Shown here one piece after another: positions 38,656 to 49,023 of a DNA stretch of 64,000 nt. This DNA comes from Pseudomonadota bacterium (lineage in GTDB: Archaea; Thermoplasmatota; SW-10-69-26; JACQPN01; JAJPHT01). The notes beneath the pieces are model-generated. The model saw only the letters and a list, made by a program, of their open reading frames with translations. It made no database searches and had not been told where the DNA came from. Position 1 is the first letter of the stretch, and each line of letters starts with the position of its first letter. The position numbers were made by a program, and so were the translations under genes. Location: assembly GCA_021325135.1 (NCBI GenBank), contig JAJPHT010000004.1:18527-82526 (forward strand). Reading direction: 5' to 3'.

Positions 38656-39408
38656 TCAATCCTTGCGGCGGACGAGCACGGCCAGCGCGACCGCGGCGGC
38701 GACCACGAGGGGGATCTCGGGGCCGGGCACGCCCAGGAACTTCCCCTTGGAGGCCTCGGTGGGCGTGGGGTTCTCGTCGCCCACGGTGGTGGAGACGGGC
38801 GTGGACGTGACGGGGGTCGACGTCTCGGGCGTCGTGTTCACGGGCGTCGAGGAGACGGGGGTCGTGGGCGTGGGGGTGACGTTGCCGGTCGACGCGGTGA
38901 GGGCCTGCGTCGAGACGTTGACGACGCCCGTCGCGGTGTCGAACGTACCCTGGGGGTTGTTGGCGTCAGGAGTCGGCTGGCAGCCGGTGTTCCCATCGAA
39001 GGTGGCGGTGACCTTCGCCGTGCCGTTGCCCAGGCCGCTGCTCACGAGGGTGAGGTTCACGGGGGCCTGGCCGCTCCACGCCGCGGTGGCGTGGTTGTTG
39101 GTGGCGCCCGTGGGGTTGTTGGGGTCCACGTCGGCGGGGATGGTGAACTTCACGCTGGTGACGTTCAGGCTCGCCGTGATGGGGCCATCGGGCGTCACCG
39201 CGAGCGCCACGGTGGCCGTCCCGGGGGCCTGGCAGAAGAAGCCCGAGTCGATCTGGAGGTTGATGGTGATGGGGACGGACTGCGTGGTGGAGTCCGTGAA
39301 GTAGACGATGGCGTTGGGACCCGACAGGCTGAGGTGGGTCGTGACGGCAGCGGCGGTCGGGAGGACGAGCAGAGCCGCGATGAGCAGCCCAGCAGCCAGG
39401 AGGCGCAT
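38656..39408 (-). CDS. Surface protein with Thr-rich linker and PGF-CTERM-like sorting tail
   Basis: Signal peptide, TP-rich repeats, VPGPE + TM helix + RRKD. Confidence 0.8.
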   Translation of the reverse strand: MRLLAAGLLIAALLVLPTAAAVTTHLSLSGPNAIVYFTDSTTQSVPITINLQIDSGFFCQAPGTATVALAVTPDGPITASLNVTSVKFTIPADVDPNNPTGATNNHATAAWSGQAPVNLTLVSSGLGNGTAKVTATFDGNTGCQPTPDANNPQGTFDTATGVVNVSTQALTASTGNVTPTPTTPVSSTPVNTTPETSTPVTSTPVSTTVGDENPTPTEASKGKFLGVPGPEIPLVVAAAVALAVLVRRKD

Positions 39409-39502
39409 GACCGGGGACCATCAACTCCTTCAAAAACCCCTTCGGTGCGGTCGTCAAAGCGATGGCCCAAACGCCCTTGCCAGGCCGCCCCCCTGCCAGG
39501 CC

Positions 39503-40450
39503 GTGCGGATCGCCGTGCTAGGGGCAGGGGCCGTGGGCTGCGCCCTGGGGGCCGGCCTGGCCCGCGTGGCGGAGGTCCGCCTGGTGGCCCGGGGCGATCA
39601 CCTGGCGGCGCTCCAGCGGGACGGCCTCCTCCTGGACGGCCGGAGGGTGCGCCTCCCGGCCGCGGAGCGCCTGGAGCCGGGGGCCAACCTGGTGATCGCG
39701 GCCGTGAAGACCCAGGACCTGGACGGTGCCCTGGCGGCCTCCCGGGGGGCGCTGGGCCAGGCGCGCGTCCTCACGATCCAGAACGGCCTGGCCGCCGAGG
39801 GGATCGCCGCCCGGCACGTCCCCGCGGAGCGCGTGGTGGGGTGCGTCACGGCCCTGGACGCCGAGATGCTGGAGCCGGGGGTCGTGACCGTGGGGCGCGT
39901 GGGCGGGCTCGTGCTCTCCGGCGCGCCCGACGTGGCGGCGCTCCTCTCCCAAGCTGGCTTCCCCACGAGGGTCAGCGCCAACTTCGCGGGCGCGCGCTGG
40001 ACGAAGCTCCTGGTCAACCTCAACAACGCCCTCCTGGCCGCCACGGGCCTCACGGCGCAGGAGGCCTACGCGCGGCGCGACCTGCCGCGGCTCTCGGTGC
40101 GGCTGGTCAGGGAGGGGCTCGCCGTCGCGCGGGCCGAGGGGGTCCGCCTGGAGCGCATCCCGTGGGCGGACCCGCGGCAGGTGGCGCTCCTCGCGCGGCT
40201 CCCCGAGGAGTGGGCCGCCCGCCTCCTGGCCGCGCGGGTGCGGCGCGACGCGGGGAGCGTCCCCCTGCGCGGCTCGACCCAGCAGAGCCTCCTGAGGGGC
40301 CGCAGCGTGGAGGTCGCGTGGCTCAACGGGGAGGTGGTCGCGCGGGGGCGGCGTCTCGGGGTCCCGACGCCGGCCAACGAGGCCATGGTCGCCGCGGTGG
40401 AGCGGGTCGCGGCCTCAGGGGAGCCCGTCCCGCCCGCGGCGCTCGCCTAG
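39503..40450 (+). CDS. panE: 2-dehydropantoate 2-reductase (ApbA/PanE family)
   Basis: GAGAVG, AVKTQD, IQNGL, WTKLLVN, STQQS, E...LNG. Confidence 0.88.
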   Translation: MRIAVLGAGAVGCALGAGLARVAEVRLVARGDHLAALQRDGLLLDGRRVRLPAAERLEPGANLVIAAVKTQDLDGALAASRGALGQARVLTIQNGLAAEGIAARHVPAERVVGCVTALDAEMLEPGVVTVGRVGGLVLSGAPDVAALLSQAGFPTRVSANFAGARWTKLLVNLNNALLAATGLTAQEAYARRDLPRLSVRLVREGLAVARAEGVRLERIPWADPRQVALLARLPEEWAARLLAARVRRDAGSVPLRGSTQQSLLRGRSVEVAWLNGEVVARGRRLGVPTPANEAMVAAVERVAASGEPVPPAALA

Positions 40451-41029
40451 CCGCCCGACCACGAAGAAGAGGGTCGCCACGACGCCCCCGCCCAGCGCGA
40501 TGGCCAGGAGGCCTGGAGCGCCGTGGCGCGCGGGGGGCTCCGCCGAGGCCGTCGCGTCGGGCGCGGGCGGGGCGGGCTCCGGGGCGGGTGCGTCGCCCGC
40601 GACGTAGCGCACGCCCAGCGACGCCTCCGCGCTGGGGTCGCCCGACGTCACGCACGAGGAGGGCAGGTCGTAGCCCGCCGCGACCATGACCTGCCCCTGC
40701 GTGCCCGCGGCGGGCGCCAGCACGAGGAGCGCGTCCGCGTCCGCCTCGAAGGGGCGCCCCACGTAGCCGCCCGCGGGGACGCGGACGACGACCTCCGCGG
40801 GGACCTGCGCCTGGGCGTCGGAGGGGCCGTAGGCCGCGAGCCGCACGCGCAGCTCCTCGTCCTGGCTGCACACGGCGTCCGCGAGGACGACGTGCACGCG
40901 CAGCGGGACGCGCGTCTCGCCCTGCGCGTGGACGAGCGCGTCGGGCCCCTCCAGCGAGAGCCCCGCTCCCGAGGCCGCGGCCACGGGGAGGAGCGAGAGC
41001 GCGAGGAGGGCGGCGAGGACGCGGATCAA
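40415..41029 (-). CDS. Secreted, membrane-anchored hypothetical protein
   Basis: Signal peptide, Pro/Ala linker, C-terminal TM helix. Confidence 0.65.
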   Translation of the reverse strand: MIRVLAALLALSLLPVAAASGAGLSLEGPDALVHAQGETRVPLRVHVVLADAVCSQDEELRVRLAAYGPSDAQAQVPAEVVVRVPAGGYVGRPFEADADALLVLAPAAGTQGQVMVAAGYDLPSSCVTSGDPSAEASLGVRYVAGDAPAPEPAPPAPDATASAEPPARHGAPGLLAIALGGGVVATLFFVVGRLGERRGRDGLP

Positions 41030-41092
41030 TCGTCTAGGCGTCGGCGCGCGGGGACGATGCCGCTTGTGGAGCGGTGGGCGAAGGCCCGCATC

Positions 41093-42745
41093 TCACGCGT
41101 CCGCGGGCGGGCGGTACTCGCCCCACTCGGCGCGCAGCGCGTGGCAGATCTCGCCCACCGTCGCGTGGGCCTTCACGGCGTCGACGATCACGGGCACGAG
41201 GTTCTCCTCGCCCCGCGCGGCCTCGCGCACGCGCGCGAGGGCCTTCTGCACGGCGGCCGCGTCGCGGCGCGCCTTGAACGCCTTGAGGCGCTGGACCTGC
41301 TCGCGCTCCACGGCGGCGTTGACCTTGAGGATCTCCACGTCCGTCTCGTCGTTGCCCTGCGTGAAGTCGTTCACGCCCACGACGACGCTCTCGCGCGACT
41401 CCAGCGCCTTCTGCGCGCGGTACGCGCTCTCGTGGATCTCCCGCTGGACCCAGCCGCGCTCGATGGCGCGCAGCATGCCGCCCATGCGCTCGATCTCCTC
41501 GATGAGCCGCCACGCCTCCTGCTCCAGCTTGTCGGTGAGCCACTCGACGTAGTAGGAGCCCGCGAAGGGGTCCACGGTGTTGGCGACGCCGCTCTCCTCG
41601 GCGAGGATCTGCTGCGTGCGCAGGGCAATCCGCGCGGCCTTCTCGGTGGGCAGGCCCAGCGCCTCGTCCATGCTGTTGGTGTGGAGGCTCTGCGTGCCGC
41701 CCAGCACGGCGGCCATGGCCTGCACCGCGACGCGCACGACGTTGTTCTCGGGCTGCTGCGCCGTGAGCGTGCTGCCGCCGGTCTGCGTGTGGAAGCGCAG
41801 CATCCAGCTTCGCGGGTCCTTGGCGTGGAAGCGGTCGCGCATGATCTTCGTCCACATGCGGCGCGCCGCGCGGAACTTCGCGACCTCCTCCAGGAGGTCG
41901 TTGTGCGCGTTGAAGAAGAAGGAGAGCTGCCCGGCGAACTCGTCCACGTCCAGGCCGCGCCGCCGCGCCGCCTCCACGTAGGTGATGCCGTCCATGAGCG
42001 TGAAGGCCAATTCCTGCGCCGCGGTGGCGCCGGCCTCGCGGATGTGGTAGCCCGAGATGGAGATGGTGTTCCAGCGCGGCACCTCCTTCGCGCAGAACTC
42101 GAAGACGTCGGTGATGAGGCGCATCGACTGCTCGGGCGGGAAGATGTAGGTGCCCCGCGCGACGTACTCCTTCAGGATGTCGTTCTGCACGGTGCCGCCC
42201 AGCTTCGCGCGGGGGATGCCGTTCTTCTCCGCCACCGCGACGTAGAGCGCCAGGAGCACCGCCGCGGGCGCGTTGATGGTCATGGAGGTCGTGACCTTGT
42301 CCAGCGGGATGCCGCCGAAGAGCGTCTCCATGTCCTCCAGGCTGCTCACCGCGACGCCCACCTTGCCCACCTCGCCCTCCGCGATGGGGTCGTCGGAGTC
42401 GTAGCCGATCTGCGTGGGCAGGTCGAACGCCACCGAGAGGCCCGTCGTGCCGTGGGCGAGGAGGTAGCGGTAGCGCTTGTTGGACTCCGCCGCGCTGCCG
42501 AACCCCGCGTACTGGCGCATCGTCCAGAGGCGGCCGCGGTACATGGTGGGCTGCACGCCGCGCGTGAACGGGGGCTCGCCGGGGAAGCCCACGTCGCGCA
42601 GTTGGTCCTCGCCCTTCACGTCCTCGGGCGTGGCCAGGGGCGGGACGGGGATGCCGCCGCCCGTGCGGAACTCGGGCTGACGCTCGGGGACCTTGCGCTT
42701 GGCGGGCCCGTAGGTCTTCTCCTCCCAGCGCTTCTTGCCGCTCAT
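41093..42745 (-). CDS. mcmA: Methylmalonyl-CoA mutase large (substrate-binding) subunit
   Basis: [36 protein letters not shown]; no fused B12-binding domain. Confidence 0.95.
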   Translation of the reverse strand: MSGKKRWEEKTYGPAKRKVPERQPEFRTGGGIPVPPLATPEDVKGEDQLRDVGFPGEPPFTRGVQPTMYRGRLWTMRQYAGFGSAAESNKRYRYLLAHGTTGLSVAFDLPTQIGYDSDDPIAEGEVGKVGVAVSSLEDMETLFGGIPLDKVTTSMTINAPAAVLLALYVAVAEKNGIPRAKLGGTVQNDILKEYVARGTYIFPPEQSMRLITDVFEFCAKEVPRWNTISISGYHIREAGATAAQELAFTLMDGITYVEAARRRGLDVDEFAGQLSFFFNAHNDLLEEVAKFRAARRMWTKIMRDRFHAKDPRSWMLRFHTQTGGSTLTAQQPENNVVRVAVQAMAAVLGGTQSLHTNSMDEALGLPTEKAARIALRTQQILAEESGVANTVDPFAGSYYVEWLTDKLEQEAWRLIEEIERMGGMLRAIERGWVQREIHESAYRAQKALESRESVVVGVNDFTQGNDETDVEILKVNAAVEREQVQRLKAFKARRDAAAVQKALARVREAARGEENLVPVIVDAVKAHATVGEICHALRAEWGEYRPPADA

Positions 42746-42788
42746 GAGGGCCGGACTCTGCGGCCCCCACATGAAGCTGCCCTCTCCC

Positions 42789-44615
42789 TTAGGTCTCCGC
42801 CGCGTGCGCGTCCTCGCGCGCCTTCGCGTCGGTCCAGGCGGAGAGGCGCGAGCGGAACGCGTACCAGGGCGCCGCGCCGAACGCGCCGCCGTAGAAGGCG
42901 ATCCACGCGGCCAGGAGCGCGCGCGCCGCGGCGAGCTTGCCCGTCTGCGCGAACTCCAGCCACTCGTCCCAGGCGAGGCCGCACGCGACGGCGAGGAGCG
43001 CCCCGCTCGCCAGCGTCTCGAAGACGGGCCACGAGCCCGCGCGGGCGCCGCGGCGCTTCTCGGTGCGCGTGAACGCCATGGGGATGCGCAGGACGCCCTT
43101 GGTGGCGCCCCACGCGTTGCTCAGCTTCACCGACATCCAGAGGCCCAGGACGCCCAGCGTGGCGCGGGCCGTGCGGTCCACCGAGCGGCGCAGCGCGACG
43201 TGGAGGCGCACGACGCCGTCGAAGAGCAGGAAGAACGGCACGAGCGCGAGGAGCAGCACCTCGTCGGCGTGCTGCGTCATGAGGTGCATGCCCAGGAGGT
43301 CCGCGACGCCCAGGATGAGGAGCATCGCGGCCATGAGGAGCATGACCGCGCCGTCGAACCAGTGCAGGCTCCCCACGAGGAAGTCCGCCTTCTGGCGGAA
43401 CGTCATCTTGGAGCGCGTCATGCGCTTCGCGTGCCCGCGGAGGATCTGCCCGCCACCGTAGGCCCAGCGGTGGTGCTGCTTGCGGAACGACTCGTAGCTC
43501 GCGGGGATGAGGCCGCGGCCGTAGGTGCGGTTGACGTAGAGGGAATGATAGCTGATGCCGATGACGCGGATGGAGAGCTCCGAGTCCTCGCAGAGGTACG
43601 CCTCGCCCCAGGCGCCGGCCTCCTCCAGCGCGGCGCGGCGCAGGATGCCCATGGTGCCGCAGAAGATGATGGCGCCCTCCTCGTTGCGGCTGGGCATGAC
43701 GGCGCGGTAGAAGAACGCGTCCGCGACGTGATATCTCCGGGTGATGAACGACTCGTCCGCGTTGCGGTAGTCCTGGGGCGTCTGGAGGAAGCCCAGCTTG
43801 GGGTCGACGAAGTAGCCCACCGTCTCGCGCAGGTACGCCGGGTCCACCTGGTAGTCCGCGTCCACGACGGCGATGAGCTCCACCTCGGGGGGCGTCGCCT
43901 TGAGCGCGTCGTTGAGCGCGCCGGCCTTGAAGCCGCGGCGGTCCGTGCGGTGGAGGTGCTGGACGCCGTGCTGCGCGCAGAAGCCCGCAAGGCGCGCGAC
44001 GGCGGCCTCGTCCGTGGAGTCGTCCAGGAGCATGATCGTCAGCCGCTCGCGCGGGTAGTCCACCGCGAGGATGCTGCGCAGCGTGTCCTCCACGAGCTCG
44101 GGGGGCTCGTTGAACGCCGCGACGTGGAACGCGACGCGGGGCACGTAGTAGGAGGAGAAAGGCTGGTCGTCGCTGCGCCGCGACCAGCGCTTGCGCGACG
44201 CGATGTCCAGCGCGTAGAAGGCGTGCACCGCGGCGAGGGCGAGGCTCGCCGTCTCCGCGACGAAGAGGAGGACCGAGAAGGGGAGCCCCTGGGCCGGCAC
44301 GCGGGGGAGCGCCACCGTCGCCTCGTGGAGGACGTAGCCCGCGACGACGGAGACGACGGCCACGTAGGAGGCGACGCCGTAGGAGCGCCACGAGCAGCGC
44401 GCGAGGAGGAGGCCCGCGCACGCGCCCAGCGTGATGCATGCGAACTCCGCGAAGCTCAGGGACGCCAGCGCGCGCGAGGCCAGCAGGGCGACGGCGTGGC
44501 GGTTGAGCGCCGTCGCGGGCCAGCTGGCCATGATGTAGCCCAGCACGAACACGCAGAGGCCCATGAGGGCGCCTGCGATGGAGCCGAACAGGATTTGGAA
44601 GGCGCGGCGGAGCAT
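42789..44615 (-). CDS. Processive GT2 glycosyltransferase (cellulose synthase/NdvB-like)
   Basis: [30 protein letters not shown] with N- and C-terminal TM helices. Confidence 0.92.
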   Translation of the reverse strand: MLRRAFQILFGSIAGALMGLCVFVLGYIMASWPATALNRHAVALLASRALASLSFAEFACITLGACAGLLLARCSWRSYGVASYVAVVSVVAGYVLHEATVALPRVPAQGLPFSVLLFVAETASLALAAVHAFYALDIASRKRWSRRSDDQPFSSYYVPRVAFHVAAFNEPPELVEDTLRSILAVDYPRERLTIMLLDDSTDEAAVARLAGFCAQHGVQHLHRTDRRGFKAGALNDALKATPPEVELIAVVDADYQVDPAYLRETVGYFVDPKLGFLQTPQDYRNADESFITRRYHVADAFFYRAVMPSRNEEGAIIFCGTMGILRRAALEEAGAWGEAYLCEDSELSIRVIGISYHSLYVNRTYGRGLIPASYESFRKQHHRWAYGGGQILRGHAKRMTRSKMTFRQKADFLVGSLHWFDGAVMLLMAAMLLILGVADLLGMHLMTQHADEVLLLALVPFFLLFDGVVRLHVALRRSVDRTARATLGVLGLWMSVKLSNAWGATKGVLRIPMAFTRTEKRRGARAGSWPVFETLASGALLAVACGLAWDEWLEFAQTGKLAAARALLAAWIAFYGGAFGAAPWYAFRSRLSAWTDAKAREDAHAAET

Positions 44616-45277
44616 CAGAACCAGACCTCGAACTCGCATGCTGGCGCGCCGGACGTGCGGCAGTGGACCTCGTGCGCGATGGCGGTGCGCCCCAGCGCGC
44701 GCGTGAACGCGGTCTCGATGAAGCCGCACTCGAACGCGCACCCTTCGACGCCTTGCGTCGAGGGGCCCTCGCGCCCGCAGCCGCGGCAGGAGTAGAGGTT
44801 GACCTTGAGGAAGCCGGGGAGCGCGCGCACGATGCGCGGATCGCCCATCTCGGTCTCCACCATGCGGTCGAGGACGTGGTCGAGCGTCTCGGCCCCCGCC
44901 CGCGCGCCCGCGGCGCGCCCGCGCTCGAACTCCAGGTCGCGCGGCCCGCGGTACGCGTCGCGGGGCGCCGCGTCCTCCATGCGGACGCGCGTGTGGACGC
45001 TGCGCGCCTTGGGCGGGTCGGGGGCGGGCGCCTCCAGGGCCGAGCCGAAGAGGGCGACGAGCCCCACGGCGGTCATGACCAGCACTCCGCCAAGCACCAG
45101 CAGGAGGCCGGGGCTCACGCCGCCGGGCAGGAGCTGGCGCTGGAGCAGCCACGCGAGCGCGCGCAGCGAGAGCCTGACGACGCCCGCCAGCGCGACGCGC
45201 CCCGAGGCGGTCGCGAGCAAGGGGAGGCCCAGGGCGAGGACGATGAGCAGGAGCGCGAGGCGGAGTTGCCGTCCCAT
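44615..45277 (-). CDS. Membrane protein with V4R domain
   Basis: N-terminal TMs, then CRGC...CAFECGFIE...EVHC......CEF; TGATG coupling to the GT2 gene. Confidence 0.8.
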   Translation of the reverse strand: MGRQLRLALLLIVLALGLPLLATASGRVALAGVVRLSLRALAWLLQRQLLPGGVSPGLLLVLGGVLVMTAVGLVALFGSALEAPAPDPPKARSVHTRVRMEDAAPRDAYRGPRDLEFERGRAAGARAGAETLDHVLDRMVETEMGDPRIVRALPGFLKVNLYSCRGCGREGPSTQGVEGCAFECGFIETAFTRALGRTAIAHEVHCRTSGAPACEFEVWF

Positions 45278-45382
45278 CCGGCGCCGCGGCCTCCCTGTCA
45301 TTCGACCTACGTTATGGATCGGACGTCGAAGGAACGGCGGGAGCCCGAAAGCGATTTGAGGGATCAGCCGTCATCGGCAGGC

Positions 45383-45847
45383 ATGCGACCCACGCCCCTC
45401 CTTGCTCTTCTGGTGGCGGCCATGGCGCTCGCCGGCTGCGCCTCGTCGCCGGCCGCTCCCGCGCCGGGCCAGGAGGCCAGCGGCGGCGTGCCCACGACGA
45501 GCCCCGCGAAGCCCACGACCGGCGCTCCGCCGGAGGGATCGCCCGAGACCCCCGTCTTCCTCCTCAACCGTTCGTTCGACTCCGCCTCGGCGCCTTTCGC
45601 GCAGGACTTCCAGGTGCCCAAGGCGGGCTGGCTCTGCATCGACGCCAACATCACGCGCGCGGCGGGCGACGCGGCGGTCACCATCGTCGACCCCTCGGGG
45701 AACCCCACCACCATCGCGTCCACGCGCGACGGCACGCTGAACAACGAGACCATCCTGGCCAACGACTTCGCCAGCACCTGGCACGTCCGCCTCGACCTGT
45801 CGGGCTTCAGCGGCTCCATCGAGGTCAACGTCACGCAGATGGGATAG
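45383..45847 (+). CDS. Lipoprotein with small beta-sandwich domain
   Basis: Lipobox LAGC; IVDPSG...TWHV; its 3' end overlaps the lanC 3' end. Confidence 0.8.
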   Translation: MRPTPLLALLVAAMALAGCASSPAAPAPGQEASGGVPTTSPAKPTTGAPPEGSPETPVFLLNRSFDSASAPFAQDFQVPKAGWLCIDANITRAAGDAAVTIVDPSGNPTTIASTRDGTLNNETILANDFASTWHVRLDLSGFSGSIEVNVTQMG

Positions 45848-46922
45848 GCGCCAGCGCGGAGGGCACGCGGCCCGGCTGCGCCAACTCCAGGAGCCAGTGG
45901 CCGATCCCCGCGACGCCCTGCATGAGGCCCGGGTGCGCGTCCACGAGCGCGCCCGTGGGCCAGCCGCGCCACGGCTCGCCCGCCTGATATCGTTCCATCC
46001 CCCAGCGCGCGACGGCGCGGGAGCGCGCGAGGGCGCCCGGCTCGCCCAGGGCGTCGTCCATGGCGTGGAGGCAGGCGGCCACGCCCGCGACGCCGCAGCA
46101 GAGGTGGAACAGCTCGCCGGGCCGCTCCAGCAGCCAGTCGAGCCGCGCCTGGGCCTGCGCGCGCAGCGCGCGGGAGGGCTCGCCGGCCAGCGCCCGCGCG
46201 AGGCCCATGCCCGGCGCGCCGTGGCACCACGTCTCGCGCTCGCGGGGGAGTGCCTCCTCGCGAAGGAACGCCTCGCGCGCCGCCTCGCGCGTCTCGGGGA
46301 AGAGGGAGAGCGCCCACGCGGCGCCCGAGAGCCCGTGGCTGAACCCCGCGGCCTCGACCTCCGGAGCGCGGCGCGCCACCTCGCGCGCCAGCGAGAAGGC
46401 GACGTCGGGCTCGGAGCGCGCGAGGAGGCCGGCCGCGCCCGCGCTCCCCTGCATGAGGTCCCAGCCGTGGGCGCGCCGGCGCGTCGCCAGCACGGAGCGG
46501 CGCAGCGCGCGGCCGCGGGAGGGCTCGCCCAGCGCGAGGGCGACCTCGTCGGCGGCCCACGCGACGCCCAGGGCGCCCAGGTAGGGGCCCAGGCGCCACG
46601 CGCCGCCCGTCTGCGCGGCCACGAGGGTCTTCGCGCGGTCCTCGTGCCACGCGTGCTTCAGCGCGTGCGCGAGGGCGCCCTTCGCCGCGCGCCGGTGGCG
46701 CCGCTCGCCGGTTGCGCGGGCGAGGCGCGCAAGGAACATGGCGACGCCCGCCGTCCCCGAGTGGACGCTGGACTCCAGCGTGAAGGCGAAGGGGCCGCCG
46801 TGGGGACCGGGCTCGCGGTGCGCCGCGATCCAGGTGCAGCGCTCTGCGTGCCAGATCGCGCGCTCCGCGAGCCAATCGCCAATGGCGCTGGCTTCCGCGA
46901 GGAGCGTCTCCTCCTCGCCCAT
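45831..46922 (-). CDS. lanC: Stand-alone LanC-like lanthionine cyclase
   Basis: Seven GxxG barrel repeats including GFSHGLSG (His), WCHGAPG and LCCGVAG (Zn ligands). Confidence 0.9.
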   Translation of the reverse strand: MGEEETLLAEASAIGDWLAERAIWHAERCTWIAAHREPGPHGGPFAFTLESSVHSGTAGVAMFLARLARATGERRHRRAAKGALAHALKHAWHEDRAKTLVAAQTGGAWRLGPYLGALGVAWAADEVALALGEPSRGRALRRSVLATRRRAHGWDLMQGSAGAAGLLARSEPDVAFSLAREVARRAPEVEAAGFSHGLSGAAWALSLFPETREAAREAFLREEALPRERETWCHGAPGMGLARALAGEPSRALRAQAQARLDWLLERPGELFHLCCGVAGVAACLHAMDDALGEPGALARSRAVARWGMERYQAGEPWRGWPTGALVDAHPGLMQGVAGIGHWLLELAQPGRVPSALAPIPSA

Positions 46923-47671
46923 CAGGCGCCACCCCAGGGGATCTCGCTCCGGCCGGGCGCAAGGTGCGGCGCGTCGAGGCCGGCCTTGCGGAGCTCCTCC
47001 TCCATGGCGGCGAGGCGGTCGCGCCCGTCGCGCTGCGCCGCGAGAAGGCCCTGCGCCGCGAGGCGGCAGCGGTGGAGGCCGAAGCTCTCGCCGCCGCCCG
47101 GGTCGTCCGCCAGCGCGACGCCCTTGGCCACGGGGCGCGCGAAGGCCGGCGTCCCGGGGCGCAGCCAGGGGGCGAGCGCGCGGCAGAACGCGGCCAGCGC
47201 GGGGTCGCCCATGGACTCGCGCGGCGCGTAGAGCACGGCCGCGTCGCAGCGCACGAACTGGCCCGGGTCGTTGAGCACCTTGAAATGATAGCTCAAGCCC
47301 TGCTCGTCGAGAAGGCGCAGCGCGCGCACGGCTGGCAGCGCGCCCTCGCGGCAGAGGTGCCAGTAGGCGCGCGCGGTGCCGGGCGTCGAGGGCGCGTGGG
47401 GCTTCGCCCCCGGCGCGTGGTGCCAGCCCAGGTCCGGGTCCTGCCGCGGCGCGGGGCGCGCCTGCGCCAGCGCGCGGGCCATGGCGTGGGAGAGGAGGCG
47501 CTCGCGCGCGGGCGCGCCCTCCTTCGCGGGCGCGCCGCCGCGCACGTAGAAGCGGTCGTAGAGGAGGCGCGCCGCGCCCGCGACGTCCAGGGGAATGCGC
47601 TCGTCGAGCCAGCGGAACGTCGTCGCGTCCTCGAAGGCCGCGGCCTGGGCCAGCGCGGCGAGCGCGCTCAC
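46922..47671 (-). CDS. HopA1-like phospho-Ser/Thr lyase (class V LanY/TvaD-like)
   Basis: RAYWHL, FKVL, RCDAAVLY, ESFGLHRC; GTGA and TGATG coupling to both neighbours. Confidence 0.85.
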   Translation of the reverse strand: MSALAALAQAAAFEDATTFRWLDERIPLDVAGAARLLYDRFYVRGGAPAKEGAPARERLLSHAMARALAQARPAPRQDPDLGWHHAPGAKPHAPSTPGTARAYWHLCREGALPAVRALRLLDEQGLSYHFKVLNDPGQFVRCDAAVLYAPRESMGDPALAAFCRALAPWLRPGTPAFARPVAKGVALADDPGGGESFGLHRCRLAAQGLLAAQRDGRDRLAAMEEELRKAGLDAPHLAPGRSEIPWGGA

Positions 47672-48759
47672 GCGTCCCACCCCAGGAGGCGCGCCGCGGA
47701 GGCCTGCGGGTCGCGGTGGGCCTCCGACGCGAGGCGCGCGGCCAGGAGGGGCAGGCGCGGCCGCTGCGCCGCCGCGGGGAGCGCCTCGTAGGCGTGGACT
47801 GCCAGGAGGAGCGGCAGGAGGCGCAGCACCGCGGGGCGGAGGTCGTCCACCGGCACGCGGGCGCGGGTGGCGTAGGCGCGCTCCATCTCCGCCGCGGCGG
47901 CGCGCCAGGTCTCGGGGCCGAAGCGCGCGGTGGCGGCGAAGCGCGCGGGGTCGTCCGCGTCCTCCGCCGCGCCTTCCACGAGCCAGAAGCGGACGTGCTC
48001 CGCCAGGGCGTAGCCGAGGTCCCACGCGGGGTCGCCGCGGCGCGCCATCTCCCAGTCCACGAGGCGCACGTTGAGGTCGCCCCCCGGGCCCGCGCCCGCG
48101 GTGAGGAGGAAGTTGTCCCAGCGCGCGTCGCCGTGGACCAGCGCGTTGCCCGCGGGCAGCGCGTGGGTCCAGAGGGCTTCGCCCTTCAGGGCGTCGCGCA
48201 GGGCGGCCGCGTGGGGGTCGGCCTTCGCGCGGCGCTCCAGGGCGGCGGGGATGCCCAGCGCCGCGGGCCCTTCGCGCGGCAGGAAGCGCAGGCGGCCCTC
48301 CCGCGCGGCGCGCTCGCCGGCCACGCGCACGCGGGCGAGGACGTGGCCCACGGTGCGGGCGGGCTCCAGGGGGAAGACGCCCGGCTCGCGCGTCTGGGCG
48401 TAGCGCAGCAGCGTCGTCGCGGGGTGGACGAGCCCCGTGGCGAGGAGCGCGTGGCGGCGCTCGAAGCGGAGGAAGCGCGGCGTGACGCGGCGCAGCGGGG
48501 CCAGCGTCGGCTCGCGCGCGATGGCGCGCAGCACGGCGGCCTCGCGGGCGAGCCCGTCCGCCAGCTCCGGGCTCGCGGGGTCCATGGCTTGCTTGAGGAG
48601 GACCCCCTCGCGGCCGGGCACGAGGACCTTCACGTTGCGGTTGCGGCGCGTGTAGTCCCTCGCCTCGACGCGGTCGCCCTGCGCGTCCACCACGGCGCGC
48701 GCCGGCACGAGCTTCCGGCCGATGAGCCAGGGCACGGCGCCGGAGAGCGTCAGCTCCAC
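47668..48759 (-). CDS. APH-family peptide Ser/Thr kinase (class V LanK/TvaC-like)
   Basis: RRNRN, LLKQ, LVHGDARWDN, VDWE, GDPAWD; start may extend to 48798. Confidence 0.88.
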   Translation of the reverse strand: MELTLSGAVPWLIGRKLVPARAVVDAQGDRVEARDYTRRNRNVKVLVPGREGVLLKQAMDPASPELADGLAREAAVLRAIAREPTLAPLRRVTPRFLRFERRHALLATGLVHPATTLLRYAQTREPGVFPLEPARTVGHVLARVRVAGERAAREGRLRFLPREGPAALGIPAALERRAKADPHAAALRDALKGEALWTHALPAGNALVHGDARWDNFLLTAGAGPGGDLNVRLVDWEMARRGDPAWDLGYALAEHVRFWLVEGAAEDADDPARFAATARFGPETWRAAAAEMERAYATRARVPVDDLRPAVLRLLPLLLAVHAYEALPAAAQRPRLPLLAARLASEAHRDPQASAARLLGWDA

Positions 48760-48866
48760 GGGCGCGCGAGGGCGGGGGCGGGAGATGAACCCATCCACGA
48801 GGAAACCGCGGTGAAGCGGAAGCCTTGATGCTCCGCCCTGGTCATCTTGGCGTGGAGGCCTGAGAC

Positions 48867-48986
48867 GTGAAGCTCACCACCCAGGACATCGACGCCATCG
48901 AGAACCGCGCCCCCCGCCCGAGCCAGGCGACGCCCACCGGCTGCTACTTCGGCACCGGCTGCTTCCTCTACTCGCTGAGCAAGTAG
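48867..48986 (+). CDS. Putative lanthipeptide precursor A1 (39 aa)
   Basis: GGAGG RBS 8 nt before GTG; MKLTTQDIDAIENRAPRPSQATPTGCYFGTGCFLYSLSK; homologous to A2. Confidence 0.85.
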   Translation: MKLTTQDIDAIENRAPRPSQATPTGCYFGTGCFLYSLSK

Positions 48987-49023
48987 GCAAAAACGCCGGG
49001 GGCCGGCGCCCCCCATTTTTTTC
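48987..49023. terminator. Bidirectional terminator-like element between the two precursor genes
   Basis: AAAAA, then GGGGGC-CGGC-GCCCCC hairpin, then T7 tract. Confidence 0.7.

Noticed and set aside
45831-48759. Interpretation as antibiotic-resistance APH, type III effector HopA1 or glycoside hydrolase
   Set aside because: Translational coupling of the three genes, LanC Zn ligands and adjacent precursor peptides fit RiPP biosynthesis far better
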